Shown here one piece after another: positions 27,953 to 39,110 of a stretch of DNA of 58,286 bases. The position numbers and the translations under genes were made by a program. This stretch comes from Bacillota bacterium. GTDB taxonomy: Bacteria; Bacillota_I; Bacilli_A; RF39; UBA660. Where the stretch lies: NCBI GenBank assembly GCA_015059155.1, contig SVAX01000004.1, positions 1 through 58,286 of the forward strand, written 5' to 3'. Positions within the stretch are counted from its first letter, which is position 1. Every line of letters begins with the position of its first letter. The notes under the pieces were generated by a model. The model searched no databases and was not told the DNA's origin. It saw only the letters and a list, made by a program, of their open reading frames with translations.

Positions 27953-28399
27953 ATGAAAAGACATTTTTGTGCGTCAGCTTTTGTAATAGACCCATATACA
28001 AAAAAAATATTGTTAATAAAACATAAAAAAAACGGAAGATGGACTCAACCAGGTGGACATATAGAAGATGATGAAACTCCAGAAGAAACTGCGCTTAGAG
28101 AAGTATATGAAGAAACTGGCTTACATGTTAGGCTCTTAGGAGAAAAATTTCCAAGAGAAGAAGATTTTATAAGACCATTAGGAATACAGAAAAATAGAAG
28201 AACAATGTCGGACGGAGAAATGCATATGCATGTAGATATTATATATGCAGCTATACCTAATGATGATAATAAAGAGCAATTAAACGCGGAAGAAAGTGAT
28301 GGCATTGCTTGGTTTTCAAGGGATGAACTTGAAGATATAGATTGTTTTCCAGATATTAAAATAACAATGGATTATATATTAAATAATATAATAAAATAG
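27953..28399 (+). CDS. NUDIX hydrolase
   Basis: [23 protein letters not shown] Nudix box. Confidence 0.95.
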   Translation: MKRHFCASAFVIDPYTKKILLIKHKKNGRWTQPGGHIEDDETPEETALREVYEETGLHVRLLGEKFPREEDFIRPLGIQKNRRTMSDGEMHMHVDIIYAAIPNDDNKEQLNAEESDGIAWFSRDELEDIDCFPDIKITMDYILNNIIK

Positions 28400-28402
28400 A
28401 GG

Positions 28403-29050
28403 CTATTTAAGCCTCTTTTTGAATTCTCTTTTAACTTTATTTTTAACTTTTTTTCTAGCTTTGGTACTGAATGTGCATAATATAATAACTATACCAATAA
28501 GCATTATAATTTCTTTATAATCTTTTCCATCAATATTTTCTTCTTTTGTTTTCGCTTTTTCTTCAGTGTTTTCATCATTTTGCTCAATAGACCAAATACC
28601 TAATTTTTGATCTTCAGCTTCTTGTTCTGCTTCTTCCAACTCTTCTGTATATTTATAATCCCCATAAAGATAAGCAACACTCGCATATCCTTTACTTACT
28701 AATTTTTTTTGAAGTAAAACATCATCAACAAAAACCCAAACTAAATGTCTATCATATTTATCTGTCCTATCAGAATCTTCATCATATTCTAATTTTATTT
28801 CCTTAGCATTTTTTAATTTGTTACAAGTATATTCACTAGCTTCTTTTCCAAACTCTTCAACATCTTTAGTAGGATGTACTGTTTCAGGGGTATCAATAGC
28901 TAAAAATCTAGCAGTAATTTTTTCTCCTTTATAAATAAATTTAGCTGTATCTCCATCAACACAATCACTAAATTCAACATTAATAGTTTTCGCATTTGCT
29001 ACTGCTACTCCAATAAAAAATAAAGAAATTATTAAAATTATTTTTTTCAT
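28403..29050 (-). CDS. Secreted/anchored thermonuclease (SNase family)
   Basis: VDGDT, RFLAIDTPE, DKYDR, GIW; signal peptide and C-terminal TM. Confidence 0.92.
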   Translation of the reverse strand: MKKIILIISLFFIGVAVANAKTINVEFSDCVDGDTAKFIYKGEKITARFLAIDTPETVHPTKDVEEFGKEASEYTCNKLKNAKEIKLEYDEDSDRTDKYDRHLVWVFVDDVLLQKKLVSKGYASVAYLYGDYKYTEELEEAEQEAEDQKLGIWSIEQNDENTEEKAKTKEENIDGKDYKEIIMLIGIVIILCTFSTKARKKVKNKVKREFKKRLK

Positions 29051-29162
29051 TTGATCACCTATTATAATTATACAATAAAATAAGGAAAATTTATAATAAA
29101 GAATTTGCATTTTTTTAAGAATGTGTTATAATGATAAGCGTGTTTCGAAGGAAGTGTATAAA

Positions 29163-30977
29163 ATGAATAAAAGAAATATAGCAATCATAGCTCACGTAGA
29201 CCACGGAAAAACAACTCTTGTAGATAAATTATTACAAGCTAGTGGAACATTTAGAGATAATGAAGAAGTTCAAGAAAGAGTAATGGATTCTAATGATATA
29301 GAAAAAGAAAGAGGAATCACAATACTTGCTAAAACAACTGCAATTAATTATAAAGACTACAGAATTAATATTCTAGATACCCCAGGACATGCTGATTTTG
29401 GTGGAGAAGTAGAAAGAATAGTTAATATGGTTGATGGTGTATTACTTGTAGTAGATGCTTATGAAGGTACAATGCCACAAACTAGATTTGTTCTTAAAAA
29501 AGCTTTAGATGCAGGAGTTAAACCAATAGTGGTAGTAAATAAAATAGATAAAGAATCTGCTAGACCTAAAGAAGTAATAGACGAAGTAATGGATTTATTT
29601 ATTGAATTAGGTGCTGATATAGATGATTTAGATTTCCCAATAGTTTATGTATCTGCAATTAATGGTACATCAAGTTTTTCTGATGATTTAAGCACACAAG
29701 AACCAGATATGACTAAAATACTTGATATGATTATAGATAATATTCCTGCTCCAAAAAATGAAGAAGGATCATTACAATTTCAACCAGCACTTCTAGACTA
29801 CAATGATTTCGTAGGTAGAATTGGTATAGGACTTGTAAAAAGAGGAAGTATTAAAGTAAACCAAATGGTTTCTTGTTGTAGAGTAGATGGAAGTATCAAA
29901 CAATTTAGAATAGCTAAGATGTATGGATTTCTAGGACTTAAAAGAGTTGAAATAAATGAAGCCCATGCAGGAGATATAATAGCTATTGCAGGTCTTCCTG
30001 ATATTTCAGTAGGAGAAACAGTATGTGAGATAGGTCTTGAAGATCCTCTACCTCTTCTTAGAATAGATGAACCAACACTTCAGATGACTTTTGGAGTTAA
30101 TACTTCACCATTCTGTGGTAGAGAAGGAAAAATAGTAACTGCTAGAAAAATAGAAGAGAGATTACTTAAAGAAACTGAGAGAGATGTATCTTTAAAAGTA
30201 GCTCCTGTTCCAAACGATGGAGAATCATTCATAGTATCAGGACGTGGAGAGTTACACCTTTCAATATTAATAGAAAATATGAGAAGAGAAGGATTTGAGC
30301 TTCAAGTATCTAAACCAGCTATAATAAAGAAAGAAATAGATGGTGTAATTTGTGAACCATTTGAAGATGTTCAAATAGATGTTCCTGAAGAATTTGTAGG
30401 TTCAGTTATAGAAGCACTTGGTAACCGTGAAGGTGTAATGGAAAATATGACAAGTTCAGAAAATCAAGTGAAATTACATTATACAGTTCCAACTAGAGGA
30501 TTAATTGGTTTTTCAACTGAGTTTATGACTATGACTAAGGGATATGGTATATTAAATCATACTTATAAAGAATATAGACAAGAAGCTGGATCTACAGTAG
30601 GATCTCGTAAAAATGGTGTTTTAGTTTCTATGGAAAATGGAAAAGCTACAGCTTATTCATTAGGAAATCTAGAAGATAGAGGAGTTATGTTTATTGAACC
30701 TGGAACAGAGGTTTATGAAGGTATGATAGTTGGTGAAAATAATCACGATAATGATCTTGCTGTAAACGTAGTTAAAGGTAAAAACTTAACAAATACTCGT
30801 TCATCTAGTAAAGACCATACAGTAGTCTTAAAAAGACCAAGAACTATGAGTTTAGAAATTTGTTTAGACTATATAAACGATGATGAACTTGTAGAAGTGA
30901 CTCCAGTAAGCTATAGAATGAGAAAGAAAATATTAAATACAGAAATGAGAAAAAAACAAGATGCAAAAAGGATATAG
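29163..30977 (+). CDS. typA: Translational GTPase TypA/BipA
   Basis: [29 protein letters not shown]. Confidence 0.97.
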   Translation: MNKRNIAIIAHVDHGKTTLVDKLLQASGTFRDNEEVQERVMDSNDIEKERGITILAKTTAINYKDYRINILDTPGHADFGGEVERIVNMVDGVLLVVDAYEGTMPQTRFVLKKALDAGVKPIVVVNKIDKESARPKEVIDEVMDLFIELGADIDDLDFPIVYVSAINGTSSFSDDLSTQEPDMTKILDMIIDNIPAPKNEEGSLQFQPALLDYNDFVGRIGIGLVKRGSIKVNQMVSCCRVDGSIKQFRIAKMYGFLGLKRVEINEAHAGDIIAIAGLPDISVGETVCEIGLEDPLPLLRIDEPTLQMTFGVNTSPFCGREGKIVTARKIEERLLKETERDVSLKVAPVPNDGESFIVSGRGELHLSILIENMRREGFELQVSKPAIIKKEIDGVICEPFEDVQIDVPEEFVGSVIEALGNREGVMENMTSSENQVKLHYTVPTRGLIGFSTEFMTMTKGYGILNHTYKEYRQEAGSTVGSRKNGVLVSMENGKATAYSLGNLEDRGVMFIEPGTEVYEGMIVGENNHDNDLAVNVVKGKNLTNTRSSSKDHTVVLKRPRTMSLEICLDYINDDELVEVTPVSYRMRKKILNTEMRKKQDAKRI

Positions 30978-31016
30978 TTAATTCTATATCTTTTTTCATA
31001 AAAAAAATAACAAGAA

Positions 31017-31268
31017 TTATTTCTTGTTATCTTCCATAACATCTCTATCAAAGAAATCTCTAATATCGCAATCAAGTACTTCAGCAATATCTTCTAGAGT
31101 ATCTATTGAAATAGTTTGGTGAGTAATTGACTCTAGTTTTGCTATAAAACTATCACTTAAATATAGAGCTTCTGCAAGTTCTCTTTGTTTAAGTCCTTTT
31201 CTTTTTCTATACTTTTTGATATTTTTACCAATAACATTGTAAATATCAGATTGCTTTTTTACTGCCAT
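31017..31268 (-). CDS. XRE HTH regulator
   Basis: IGKNIKKYRKRKGLKQRELAE. Confidence 0.9.
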   Translation of the reverse strand: MAVKKQSDIYNVIGKNIKKYRKRKGLKQRELAEALYLSDSFIAKLESITHQTISIDTLEDIAEVLDCDIRDFFDRDVMEDNKK

Positions 31269-31325
31269 ATCTATCACCAACTTAATTTTCTCATAGTTTT
31301 TTAAATTATTTTATAGATAAATAAT

Positions 31326-32300
31326 CTATATGTTTAATAGTTTTGTAATTATATCTTTAAACTCTATTCCTAAATTGTTTATAAGTTTAGGATACATACT
31401 TATTTCTGTAAACCCTGGCATTGTATTGATTTCGTTAAAATATAACTTTTTGTTATCTAAATCATAAAGATAATCTATTCTACTTAAGTTTTTACAATTT
31501 AAAATATTAAAAATATTCTTAGAATAATTTCTTATTTCGGCCTTAATACTTTCATCAATACTGGAAATAATTGTATTATTTTGATTTATATATTTTGCAT
31601 CAAAATCATACCAAGAACCATTATTTATTATTTCCCCAACATCAGAAATTATAAGTTTTTTATTATCTTCTAATATAGCGCATTCTAATTCTCTATTATT
31701 TTTTATAAATTTTTCTATTAATATATTATTATCATATTTTTTAGCTATCCTTAAATATTTTTTCAATTCTCTTTTATTATGAGCAATATTTATACCAAGA
31801 GATGATCCACATTTACAAGGTTTAATTATAACAGGGTATTCTATTATATCTAAATTAGTATTTTTATTATAAACTATATAAGGTACTTGCGGTATAGAAT
31901 ACTTTTCTAAAAATAATTTAGTTAGTAGTTTGTCATAACATATTATGCTACTATATGAATCGCAACCTACATATTTTATATTATGTAATTCAAACATACT
32001 TTGTAATTTTCCATCTTCACCAGAATTACCATGTATCATAGGCAATACAACATCAAACTTTTTAGAGTATTGAATTATGTTGTCTATTTTTATAATCACT
32101 TTATTTTTCCAATTCTCATCTATTTTATTTGTTTTATTAATTTCATACCACTCATTATCATAATCAATTCCCACTAATTTGTAATTAAATTTACTTGTAT
32201 CAATATTATCAATTATAAAATTAACTGACTTACAAGAAATGACGTGTTCAAAAGAGTTTCCACCAAATAAAATTAAAACATTCTTCAATTTACCACCCAT
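31326..32300 (-). CDS. ddl: D-alanine--D-alanine ligase
   Basis: FGGNSFEH, HGNSGEDG, GSS, YDFDAKY, NEINTMPGFT. Confidence 0.95.
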   Translation of the reverse strand: MGGKLKNVLILFGGNSFEHVISCKSVNFIIDNIDTSKFNYKLVGIDYDNEWYEINKTNKIDENWKNKVIIKIDNIIQYSKKFDVVLPMIHGNSGEDGKLQSMFELHNIKYVGCDSYSSIICYDKLLTKLFLEKYSIPQVPYIVYNKNTNLDIIEYPVIIKPCKCGSSLGINIAHNKRELKKYLRIAKKYDNNILIEKFIKNNRELECAILEDNKKLIISDVGEIINNGSWYDFDAKYINQNNTIISSIDESIKAEIRNYSKNIFNILNCKNLSRIDYLYDLDNKKLYFNEINTMPGFTEISMYPKLINNLGIEFKDIITKLLNI

Positions 32301-32402
32301 ATAATTTTATGAAAATAAATTTTAATTATCTCTAATATAGATTTATTTATAAAAATGTGATAAACTATTTATATATAAAAGAAAAATGAAAAAGGTGAAA
32401 AT

Positions 32403-33188
32403 ATGGGAAAAGTTATAGCATTCGTAAATCAAAAGGGTGGGGTTGGTAAAACAACTTCCAGCATCAATTTAGCAGCTTCCCTAGGACTTTTAGGAAAAAA
32501 GACGCTATTAGTAGATCTAGATCCTCAAGGAAATAGTACTACTGGTGTAGGTGTAAATAAAGGTGATTTGGAAAGTAGTATATATGAACTTTTAGTAGAT
32601 AGAGCAGAAGTAAAGAAAGTAGTTGCAAAAACAAAATTTAAAAATTTATATCTTATTCCGGCTTCAATAAACTTGGCAGGTGTTGATATGGAATTAATGG
32701 ATATGGCAAGAAGTAATCCGGAGTTTGTCCCACAACTACAATTAAAAAAATATTTAGGAGAAATAAAAGATGTATTTGATTATATAATTTTAGATTGTCC
32801 ACCTTCACTTGGGCTAATCACAACAAATGCACTTGCTGCTTCTAATTCAGTAATAATTCCTGTACAATGTGAATTCTTTGCGTTAGAGGGGATTATGCAA
32901 CTGTTAAATTCAATTATGATTGCTCAAAAGAAATTAAACCCAAGCCTAGATATCGAAGGTGTATTATTAACAATGCTTGATAATCGTACTAATCTAGGAC
33001 TTGAAGTAGTAGAAGAAATAAAAAGTTATTTTAAGGAAAAAGTATATGATACTATAATACCAAGACTTGTTAGATTATCAGAAGCTCCAAGTCATGGTAA
33101 ACCAATTCATGCTTATGATCCAAGAAGTAGAGGAACAGAAGCATATATAAACTTAGCTAAAGAGGTGATTGAAAGAAATGGAAACTAA
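32403..33188 (+). CDS. parA: ParA/Soj ATPase
   Basis: NQKGGVGKTT, DLDPQGN, DCPPSLG, EAPSHG. Confidence 0.96.
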   Translation: MGKVIAFVNQKGGVGKTTSSINLAASLGLLGKKTLLVDLDPQGNSTTGVGVNKGDLESSIYELLVDRAEVKKVVAKTKFKNLYLIPASINLAGVDMELMDMARSNPEFVPQLQLKKYLGEIKDVFDYIILDCPPSLGLITTNALAASNSVIIPVQCEFFALEGIMQLLNSIMIAQKKLNPSLDIEGVLLTMLDNRTNLGLEVVEEIKSYFKEKVYDTIIPRLVRLSEAPSHGKPIHAYDPRSRGTEAYINLAKEVIERNGN

Positions 33189-34053
33189 AAAAAAGGCTTT
33201 AGGTAGAGGTTTAGAACAATTATTCAATAATGAGAATTTAGATTTAAATAGTTTTGAAAAAACAGTTTATGAAACAGCAACAAATGAAGAAATAATTGAT
33301 ATAAAATTAAGTGATTTAAGAGCAAACCCTTATCAACCTCGTAAAGTTTTTAATGATGAAGCATTAAATGATTTAGCTGAATCAATTAAAGAGCACGGTG
33401 TTTTTCAACCAATCATAGTTAAAAAAAGTATAAAAGGTTATGAAATAATAGCAGGAGAAAGAAGAGTTAGAGCTTCTCGTATGGCAGGACTTGAAAAAAT
33501 TCCAGCAATTATTCGTAATTTAAATGATGAGCAAATGATGGAAATAGCTTTACTTGAAAATTTGCAAAGAGAAAATTTAAGTGCAATTGAAGAAGCTGTT
33601 GCTTACAAATCAATGATTGAAAAACTTTCTTTAACTCAAGAGGAATTATCTAAAAAAGTAGGTAAGAGTAGAAGTCATATTACAAATATTTTAGGCTTAC
33701 TTAGACTTCCAAAAGAAGTTCAAGAAATGGTAGCTCATAATCAAATAAGTATGGGGCATGCTCGTGTTTTAAGTAAATTGGAAGATGATCAAAAAATAAT
33801 TAGTATGGCTCATGAGATAATTGAAAGAAAAATACCTGTACGAGATCTTGAGCAAGAAGCAGAAACAAAAGAAAAGAAAGTAAAAATAGAAAGACATTCT
33901 AGATCAATTAATAATGATTTTAAGTATGTTGAAGAATTATTAAGAGAAAAATTAGATACTAAAGTAAGAATAAAAGATAAAAAAATTGAAATAGCATTCA
34001 CAAACGTTGCGGATTTAAATAGAATACTAGAAGTTTTAAATATAAGAGAATAA
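33178..34053 (+). CDS. parB: ParB/Spo0J
   Basis: ALGRGL, NPYQPR, AGERR, ENLQRE. Confidence 0.96.
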   Translation: METKKKALGRGLEQLFNNENLDLNSFEKTVYETATNEEIIDIKLSDLRANPYQPRKVFNDEALNDLAESIKEHGVFQPIIVKKSIKGYEIIAGERRVRASRMAGLEKIPAIIRNLNDEQMMEIALLENLQRENLSAIEEAVAYKSMIEKLSLTQEELSKKVGKSRSHITNILGLLRLPKEVQEMVAHNQISMGHARVLSKLEDDQKIISMAHEIIERKIPVRDLEQEAETKEKKVKIERHSRSINNDFKYVEELLREKLDTKVRIKDKKIEIAFTNVADLNRILEVLNIRE

Positions 34054-34054
34054 T

Positions 34055-34849
34055 ATGGAATTTATAACAAGACATATATTGAAAACAGAGATAATAGCTC
34101 CTGTAATTATTCTTCTAGTATCTATTTTTCTATGTTCTATTTCAAAAAAAATTGTATATAGAATATTTAAATTTAATACAGCTAAATTAAATGAAGGTAA
34201 GAAAAAATCTATTGCGAATTTGATAAATAATATTATTAAAGCTATTATATTTACAATAGCTGTAATGACAATTTTAGAAATTTATGGTATAGATACAAAA
34301 TCTTTAGTTGCATCATTAGGAGTGGTAAGTTTAGTAGCTGGACTTGCACTACAAGATTTATTGAAAGATTTTATAGTAGGTATATCTATATTGCTTGAAG
34401 GACAATATTCTATTGGAGATTGTATAAGTATTAATGGATTTAAGGGTGAAGTTCTTCCTTCTAATCTAAGAACTACAAAATTAAAGGCTTATACAGGTGA
34501 AATAAAATACATATCTAATAGAAATATAACAGAGATTATAAATTATAGTACTGATAGCGCTAATCTAATTATTGATGTATCTGTTGCTTATGAATCTGAT
34601 ATAGATAAAGTAAAGAATGTATTGGATAGTTTATGTGAAAGATTAAAAGAAGAATATAAATTAAAAGATATATCTTGTTTGGGTGTTCAAGCATTAGAAG
34701 ATAGTTCAATTAATTTTAGATTAGTTGTTTCAACTGTATATTCCGATCAATTTGCACTAGATAGAGCTATAAAAAAAGAAATTGTAAAAGAATTTAACAA
34801 AAATAAAATTACAATTCCTTATAATCAGGTGGTGGTACATAATGGATAA
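34055..34849 (+). CDS. MscS family mechanosensitive channel (YkuT-like)
   Basis: AGLALQDLLKDFIVG, IGD.I, N.ITIPY. Confidence 0.9.
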   Translation: MEFITRHILKTEIIAPVIILLVSIFLCSISKKIVYRIFKFNTAKLNEGKKKSIANLINNIIKAIIFTIAVMTILEIYGIDTKSLVASLGVVSLVAGLALQDLLKDFIVGISILLEGQYSIGDCISINGFKGEVLPSNLRTTKLKAYTGEIKYISNRNITEIINYSTDSANLIIDVSVAYESDIDKVKNVLDSLCERLKEEYKLKDISCLGVQALEDSSINFRLVVSTVYSDQFALDRAIKKEIVKEFNKNKITIPYNQVVVHNG

Positions 34850-35027
34850 AGAATATAAATTAGGTAGTATTGTAACTATGAAAAAAGATCATCCTTGTGG
34901 ATTTAATGAATGGGAAGTAACTCGTTTAGGCGCAGACATAAAGATTAAATGCACAAATTGTGGGAGATCAATTATGCTACCAAGAATAGATTTTAATAAA
35001 AAATTAAAAAAAATAGTAAGTTATTAG
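34842..35027 (+). CDS. DUF951 (YyzM-like) protein
   Basis: MKKDHPCG...RLGADIKIKC..CGR. Confidence 0.92.
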   Translation: MDKEYKLGSIVTMKKDHPCGFNEWEVTRLGADIKIKCTNCGRSIMLPRIDFNKKLKKIVSY

Positions 35028-35036
35028 GAGGAATTT

Positions 35037-36524
35037 GTGAAAAGAAAAAGAAGGTCGATGGGACCTGTTGTAGAAATAATTCTTCTAGCTGTTATTGTAT
35101 CTTTTATTTGTCTATTATTTAGTTTGATAGGCTTTAGCGGATATATCACAGAAGGAGGGACATTTGAAACGACCTTAGTCGTTGTAAATAATTTCTTCAG
35201 TACAGCGGGAATAAAACATATACTAAATAATTCTTTGGTTAATTTTCAAACTTTAGAACCGTTAGTATTAGTAATATTGTCTTTAATAGCAGTTTCAATA
35301 TTAGAAGCAAGTGGGCTTTTGAAACAAATATTTTTACCATTAAAGAAAATAAAGCCTATATATGTAACAACGATTGTTATGTTTGTAGGTATAATATCTA
35401 CAATAATAGGAGATTATAGTTATGCACTTTTATTTCCTTTAGCAGGTATTTTATATAAATATATAGGTAGAAGTTCAAGTTTAGGTGTACTTACTATGTT
35501 TATAGCTATTACAATAGGTTATGGAACAGGAATAATATACAATCATCAAATGTATGAATTAGGTGATATAACAGAACTTGCCACACAAAGTATAATAAAT
35601 GAATACAACTATGAATTATTATCTAACATATTTTTACTTATTGTATCTACTATAATTTTAACTATAGCAGGAACAATAGTGTTAGAAAAATTTTCTAAGA
35701 AATATACAAGGAATGAAGAAACAGATAACTTAAATGTATCAAAAAAAGCATCACGAGCAACATTAATTACATTTATAATTTTAGCTATTTTATTCATTTA
35801 TTGTTTAATTCCTGGATTACCAAAGTCAGGATTATTGTTAGATAAAACGCAACCAACTTATATAGGTAAATTATTTGGTGGAAAATCTCCACTTAATCAA
35901 GGATTTATGTTTTTAATAATAGGAATACTTATGGTATGTGGATTTGTTTATGGTACAGTATCTAGAAATATTAAAAATAGTGATGATTATAGTAAAGCTT
36001 TAACTAAAACATTTGAAGGTACAGGATATATATTTGTGTTATTATTCTTTATGTCCATATTATATGAAATAATAGATTGGACAAATTTTTCAACAGTTAT
36101 TTCAACAAACATAATAGATTTTATAGGATCTACCAATATATCAGGAGTATTATTAGTAATACTTGCATTCTTATCTATAATAATAATATCAATATTTATA
36201 CCGGGAACAATGGCTAAATGGGAGTTAATTGCCCCTATATATGTGCCATTACTTATGAGAGCAAATATTGCGCCATCATTCACGCAAACAATATTTTTAG
36301 CTGCTGATTCAGTCGGAAAATTATTCTCACCGATATATATATATTTAATAGTAGCTATTGGATTTATGTATAAGTATGATAAAGATTCTAATAAGAGTAT
36401 AATAGGTACAATGAAAAAGATTATGCCTATAATATTAATATTAGGTTTAGTTTGGTTAGTTATAATAGTAGGTTGGTATTTAATTGGACTTCCAATAGGT
36501 ATAAATTCCAATATAACGTTATAA
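35037..36524 (+). CDS. AbgT family transporter
   Basis: NF..LEPL, AKW..IAPIYVP, ADS....SP, WY.IGLPIG. Confidence 0.8.
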   Translation: MKRKRRSMGPVVEIILLAVIVSFICLLFSLIGFSGYITEGGTFETTLVVVNNFFSTAGIKHILNNSLVNFQTLEPLVLVILSLIAVSILEASGLLKQIFLPLKKIKPIYVTTIVMFVGIISTIIGDYSYALLFPLAGILYKYIGRSSSLGVLTMFIAITIGYGTGIIYNHQMYELGDITELATQSIINEYNYELLSNIFLLIVSTIILTIAGTIVLEKFSKKYTRNEETDNLNVSKKASRATLITFIILAILFIYCLIPGLPKSGLLLDKTQPTYIGKLFGGKSPLNQGFMFLIIGILMVCGFVYGTVSRNIKNSDDYSKALTKTFEGTGYIFVLLFFMSILYEIIDWTNFSTVISTNIIDFIGSTNISGVLLVILAFLSIIIISIFIPGTMAKWELIAPIYVPLLMRANIAPSFTQTIFLAADSVGKLFSPIYIYLIVAIGFMYKYDKDSNKSIIGTMKKIMPIILILGLVWLVIIVGWYLIGLPIGINSNITL

Positions 36525-36542
36525 TTTTACACATATTTACAC

Positions 36543-36566
36543 ATTCTGGGAAATATTTCCCAGAAT
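36543..36566. terminator. Perfect palindrome after abgT-like gene
   Basis: attctgggaaatatttcccagaat followed by tttt. Confidence 0.6.
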
Positions 36567-36758
36567 TTTTATTTAAGTAATTGACCGCTTTTCAATACTC
36601 ATTTATAATAAAGTTGTAATGTCAATAATAGAGATTACGAATGAGTAGTTCTATTTAAGAATGAAGGGGACATTAATTGAAATATCACTTTAGTAGGTGA
36701 TATTTTTATTGTATTTTAACCTAATTTATAGTAAACTATTAAAAGAAGAGGTGATCTT

Positions 36759-37859
36759 ATGAGTTTAACAGCAGGTATCGTAGGTCTTCCTAACGTAGGG
36801 AAAAGTACATTATTTAATGCAATAACAAAGAAAAACATTTTAGCTGCTAATTATCCATTCGCAACAATAGATCCAAATGTAGGAGTAGTAGTAGTACCTG
36901 ACGAAAGATTAGATTTTTTAAATAATTTATATAAGCCAAAAAGTTTAGTGCCAACTACATTTGAATTTACTGATATAGCAGGTTTAGTTAAAGGAGCTTC
37001 TAATGGTGAAGGTTTAGGTAATAAGTTTTTGTCACATATAAGAGAAGTAGATGCAATATGTGAGGTAGTTAGATGTTTTGAAAATAATGATATAATACAC
37101 GTAGAAAATGAAGTAGATCCAATAAGAGACATAGAAATAATAGAAGTAGAATTAATACTTGCAGATCTTGAAGTGGTGGAAAATAGATTTAACAAAATAG
37201 GTAAGAAAGCATCACTTTCTAAAGACAAAGAAGTACAAAAAGAAGCTGCAATACTTACTAAATTAAAAGAAGCTCTAGAACAAAATATTCCGATAAGAAG
37301 AATAGAGCTAACTGATGATGAAAAATTATATATAAAACCATTTAATTTACTTACAAGCAAACCAATTATATATGTAGCTAACGTTTCAGAAGACGATCTT
37401 CTTTTAGGAAGTAATAAATATGTAGAAACTGTTAGAGAATACGCTAAAAAAGATAGTGCTGAAGTAGTTGTAATATGCGCTAAAGTAGAATCAGAGCTTT
37501 GTGATATGACGAATGAAGAAAAAAATGAATTTTTAAACGAATTAGGTGTAAGTGAAAGTGGAATAGATGAATTAATAAAATCATCATACACATTACTTGG
37601 ACTTAAAACATTCTTTACTGCAGGAGAAGATGAATGTAGGGCTTGGACATTTAAAAAAGGCATGAAAGCACCTCAATGTGCAGGAATTATACATACTGAT
37701 TTTGAGAGGGGATTCATAAAAGCAGAAATAATGAGTTATGAAGATTTAAAGAAACATGGTAGTGAAAAGTCAGTTAAAGAAGCAGGCCGAATGAGACTTG
37801 AAGGAAAAGAATATATAATGCAAGATGGAGATATTTGTTATTTTAGATTTAATGTATAA
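36759..37859 (+). CDS. ychF: Ribosome-binding ATPase YchF
   Basis: GLPNVGKST, NYPFATI, GEGLGN, IHTDFERGFI. Confidence 0.97.
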   Translation: MSLTAGIVGLPNVGKSTLFNAITKKNILAANYPFATIDPNVGVVVVPDERLDFLNNLYKPKSLVPTTFEFTDIAGLVKGASNGEGLGNKFLSHIREVDAICEVVRCFENNDIIHVENEVDPIRDIEIIEVELILADLEVVENRFNKIGKKASLSKDKEVQKEAAILTKLKEALEQNIPIRRIELTDDEKLYIKPFNLLTSKPIIYVANVSEDDLLLGSNKYVETVREYAKKDSAEVVVICAKVESELCDMTNEEKNEFLNELGVSESGIDELIKSSYTLLGLKTFFTAGEDECRAWTFKKGMKAPQCAGIIHTDFERGFIKAEIMSYEDLKKHGSEKSVKEAGRMRLEGKEYIMQDGDICYFRFNV

Positions 37860-37870
37860 GGAGTTTTTAT

Positions 37871-38569
37871 ATGAAATTTTTTTGCGAATATTGTGGAAAT
37901 AGAATTGATGCTAATGTAGATGATAAATGCCCAGGTTGTGGAGCATCTTATAAAAAGAATAAAACATTTATTGAATTAGAAAAAGAAAAGAAAGAAGAAA
38001 AAAGATTGTTTAAAGAATATAGTCATAGGATATTTAATCATTCTTTAAATGCCATGAAATTTTCTAGATGGTTTTTATTAATTCCAATAATAGTTTTTAT
38101 AATTATTATAATAATAGCAATTTCAGTTACTTCAAATAGTTTTAAAGAAGAAAAAAGATTAAATAATGTAGAAGAATTTTTTGACAATTTAGATAATAAT
38201 CAGGATACTCAACAAGATATTGTTGTTAAATTAGACGAATTTGCTGAAACTAAAGACTATAAAGTAAAGGTAACCAAATATGAGGTAGAAAAAGATATCT
38301 TTAATCGTTTGGAAGATGGATACGAATATGTAAAATTTTATTTGTTGGTAGAAAATTTAACAAATGATCGATTAACTAAGGAAGATGTTAATTGCATTGT
38401 TGATGGTATTGCCCAAACAAATGAATTTTCATCAGGATATTCAGATTTACCTATGTTTATTAATAAAGGTTTAACAGTTAAAGGAACAGCCACATTTGAA
38501 GTTCCTAAAGATGCTACTAGTTATGATATAAAATATGGAGATTATGTAACAATACACATAGAAAAATAA
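37871..38569 (+). CDS. Zn-ribbon + TM + DUF4352-like extracellular protein
   Basis: CEYC..CPGC; TM; Ig-like tail ending FEVPKD. Confidence 0.7.
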   Translation: MKFFCEYCGNRIDANVDDKCPGCGASYKKNKTFIELEKEKKEEKRLFKEYSHRIFNHSLNAMKFSRWFLLIPIIVFIIIIIIAISVTSNSFKEEKRLNNVEEFFDNLDNNQDTQQDIVVKLDEFAETKDYKVKVTKYEVEKDIFNRLEDGYEYVKFYLLVENLTNDRLTKEDVNCIVDGIAQTNEFSSGYSDLPMFINKGLTVKGTATFEVPKDATSYDIKYGDYVTIHIEK

Positions 38570-38580
38570 AAAAATGACTT

Positions 38581-38829
38581 TTAACAAGTCATTTTTTGTT
38601 TATATTCAACAATATCTTCTATAGAACAATTTAAATAATCACATATCCTAGCTAAAACAAATATATCTATTTTAACTAACTCTCCAGTAATTAATCTTTT
38701 AATAACTTTAAAATCTGTATTGGTATCTCTTGAAATTTTATTAATACTTATATTTTTATCCTTTAATATATTGTTTAATTTAAATAAGTAAATACCATTT
38801 TCGATTTTTACTTTTGTAATACTGCTCAT
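38581..38829 (-). CDS. Cro/C1-type HTH (YozG-like)
   Basis: LARICDYLNCSIEDIVEY. Confidence 0.85.
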   Translation of the reverse strand: MSSITKVKIENGIYLFKLNNILKDKNISINKISRDTNTDFKVIKRLITGELVKIDIFVLARICDYLNCSIEDIVEYKQKMTC

Positions 38830-39067
38830 AAGTTACCTCCACAATATTATTTTAACGTCAATAGTGGACAAATAACTACTGGTTTAATAACCAATAATAT
38901 ATTAAGCAGTTTTAATATTTAGTGTTGATACTAAATCTATAATAAATAGAAAACATAATATTTATCAATAATATTTAATGCAAAAAATAAATTTTAAAAA
39001 ATATAATTAAAATAAGGTTTACAAAGTATAAAAAGTTTGTTATAATCTTAAGCGAGTGAAGAAATTT

Positions 39068-39104
39068 ACTCCTTGCTCGAAAGAGCCAAAGACCATAAGG
39101 AGGT
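39068..39104 (+). promoter_or_regulatory. S6:S18 (rpsF) leader RNA
   Basis: ctccttg-ctcgaaagagc...aaggagg anti-SD/SD stem upstream of rpsF. Confidence 0.7.
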
Positions 39105-39110
39105 GTAAGA

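Noticed and set aside
31326-32300. ddl as a vancomycin-resistance (D-Ala-D-Lac/Ser) ligase
   Set aside because: Omega-loop ends KY (YDFDAKY), typical of D-Ala-D-Ala ligases; no vanH/X/T/RS nearby.
32403-34053. parAB as a plasmid or element partition module
   Set aside because: Chromosomal Soj/Spo0J type in the conserved parAB-mscS-DUF951-ychF-rpsF neighbourhood; no canonical parS palindrome spotted by eye.
36851-37663. 270-aa antisense ORF and similar shadow ORFs (e.g. 5165, 16055, 21396, 27372, 35987, 53542)
   Set aside because: Antisense to well-conserved genes, Ser/Phe/Ile-rich composition expected from reverse-strand reading, no RBS.
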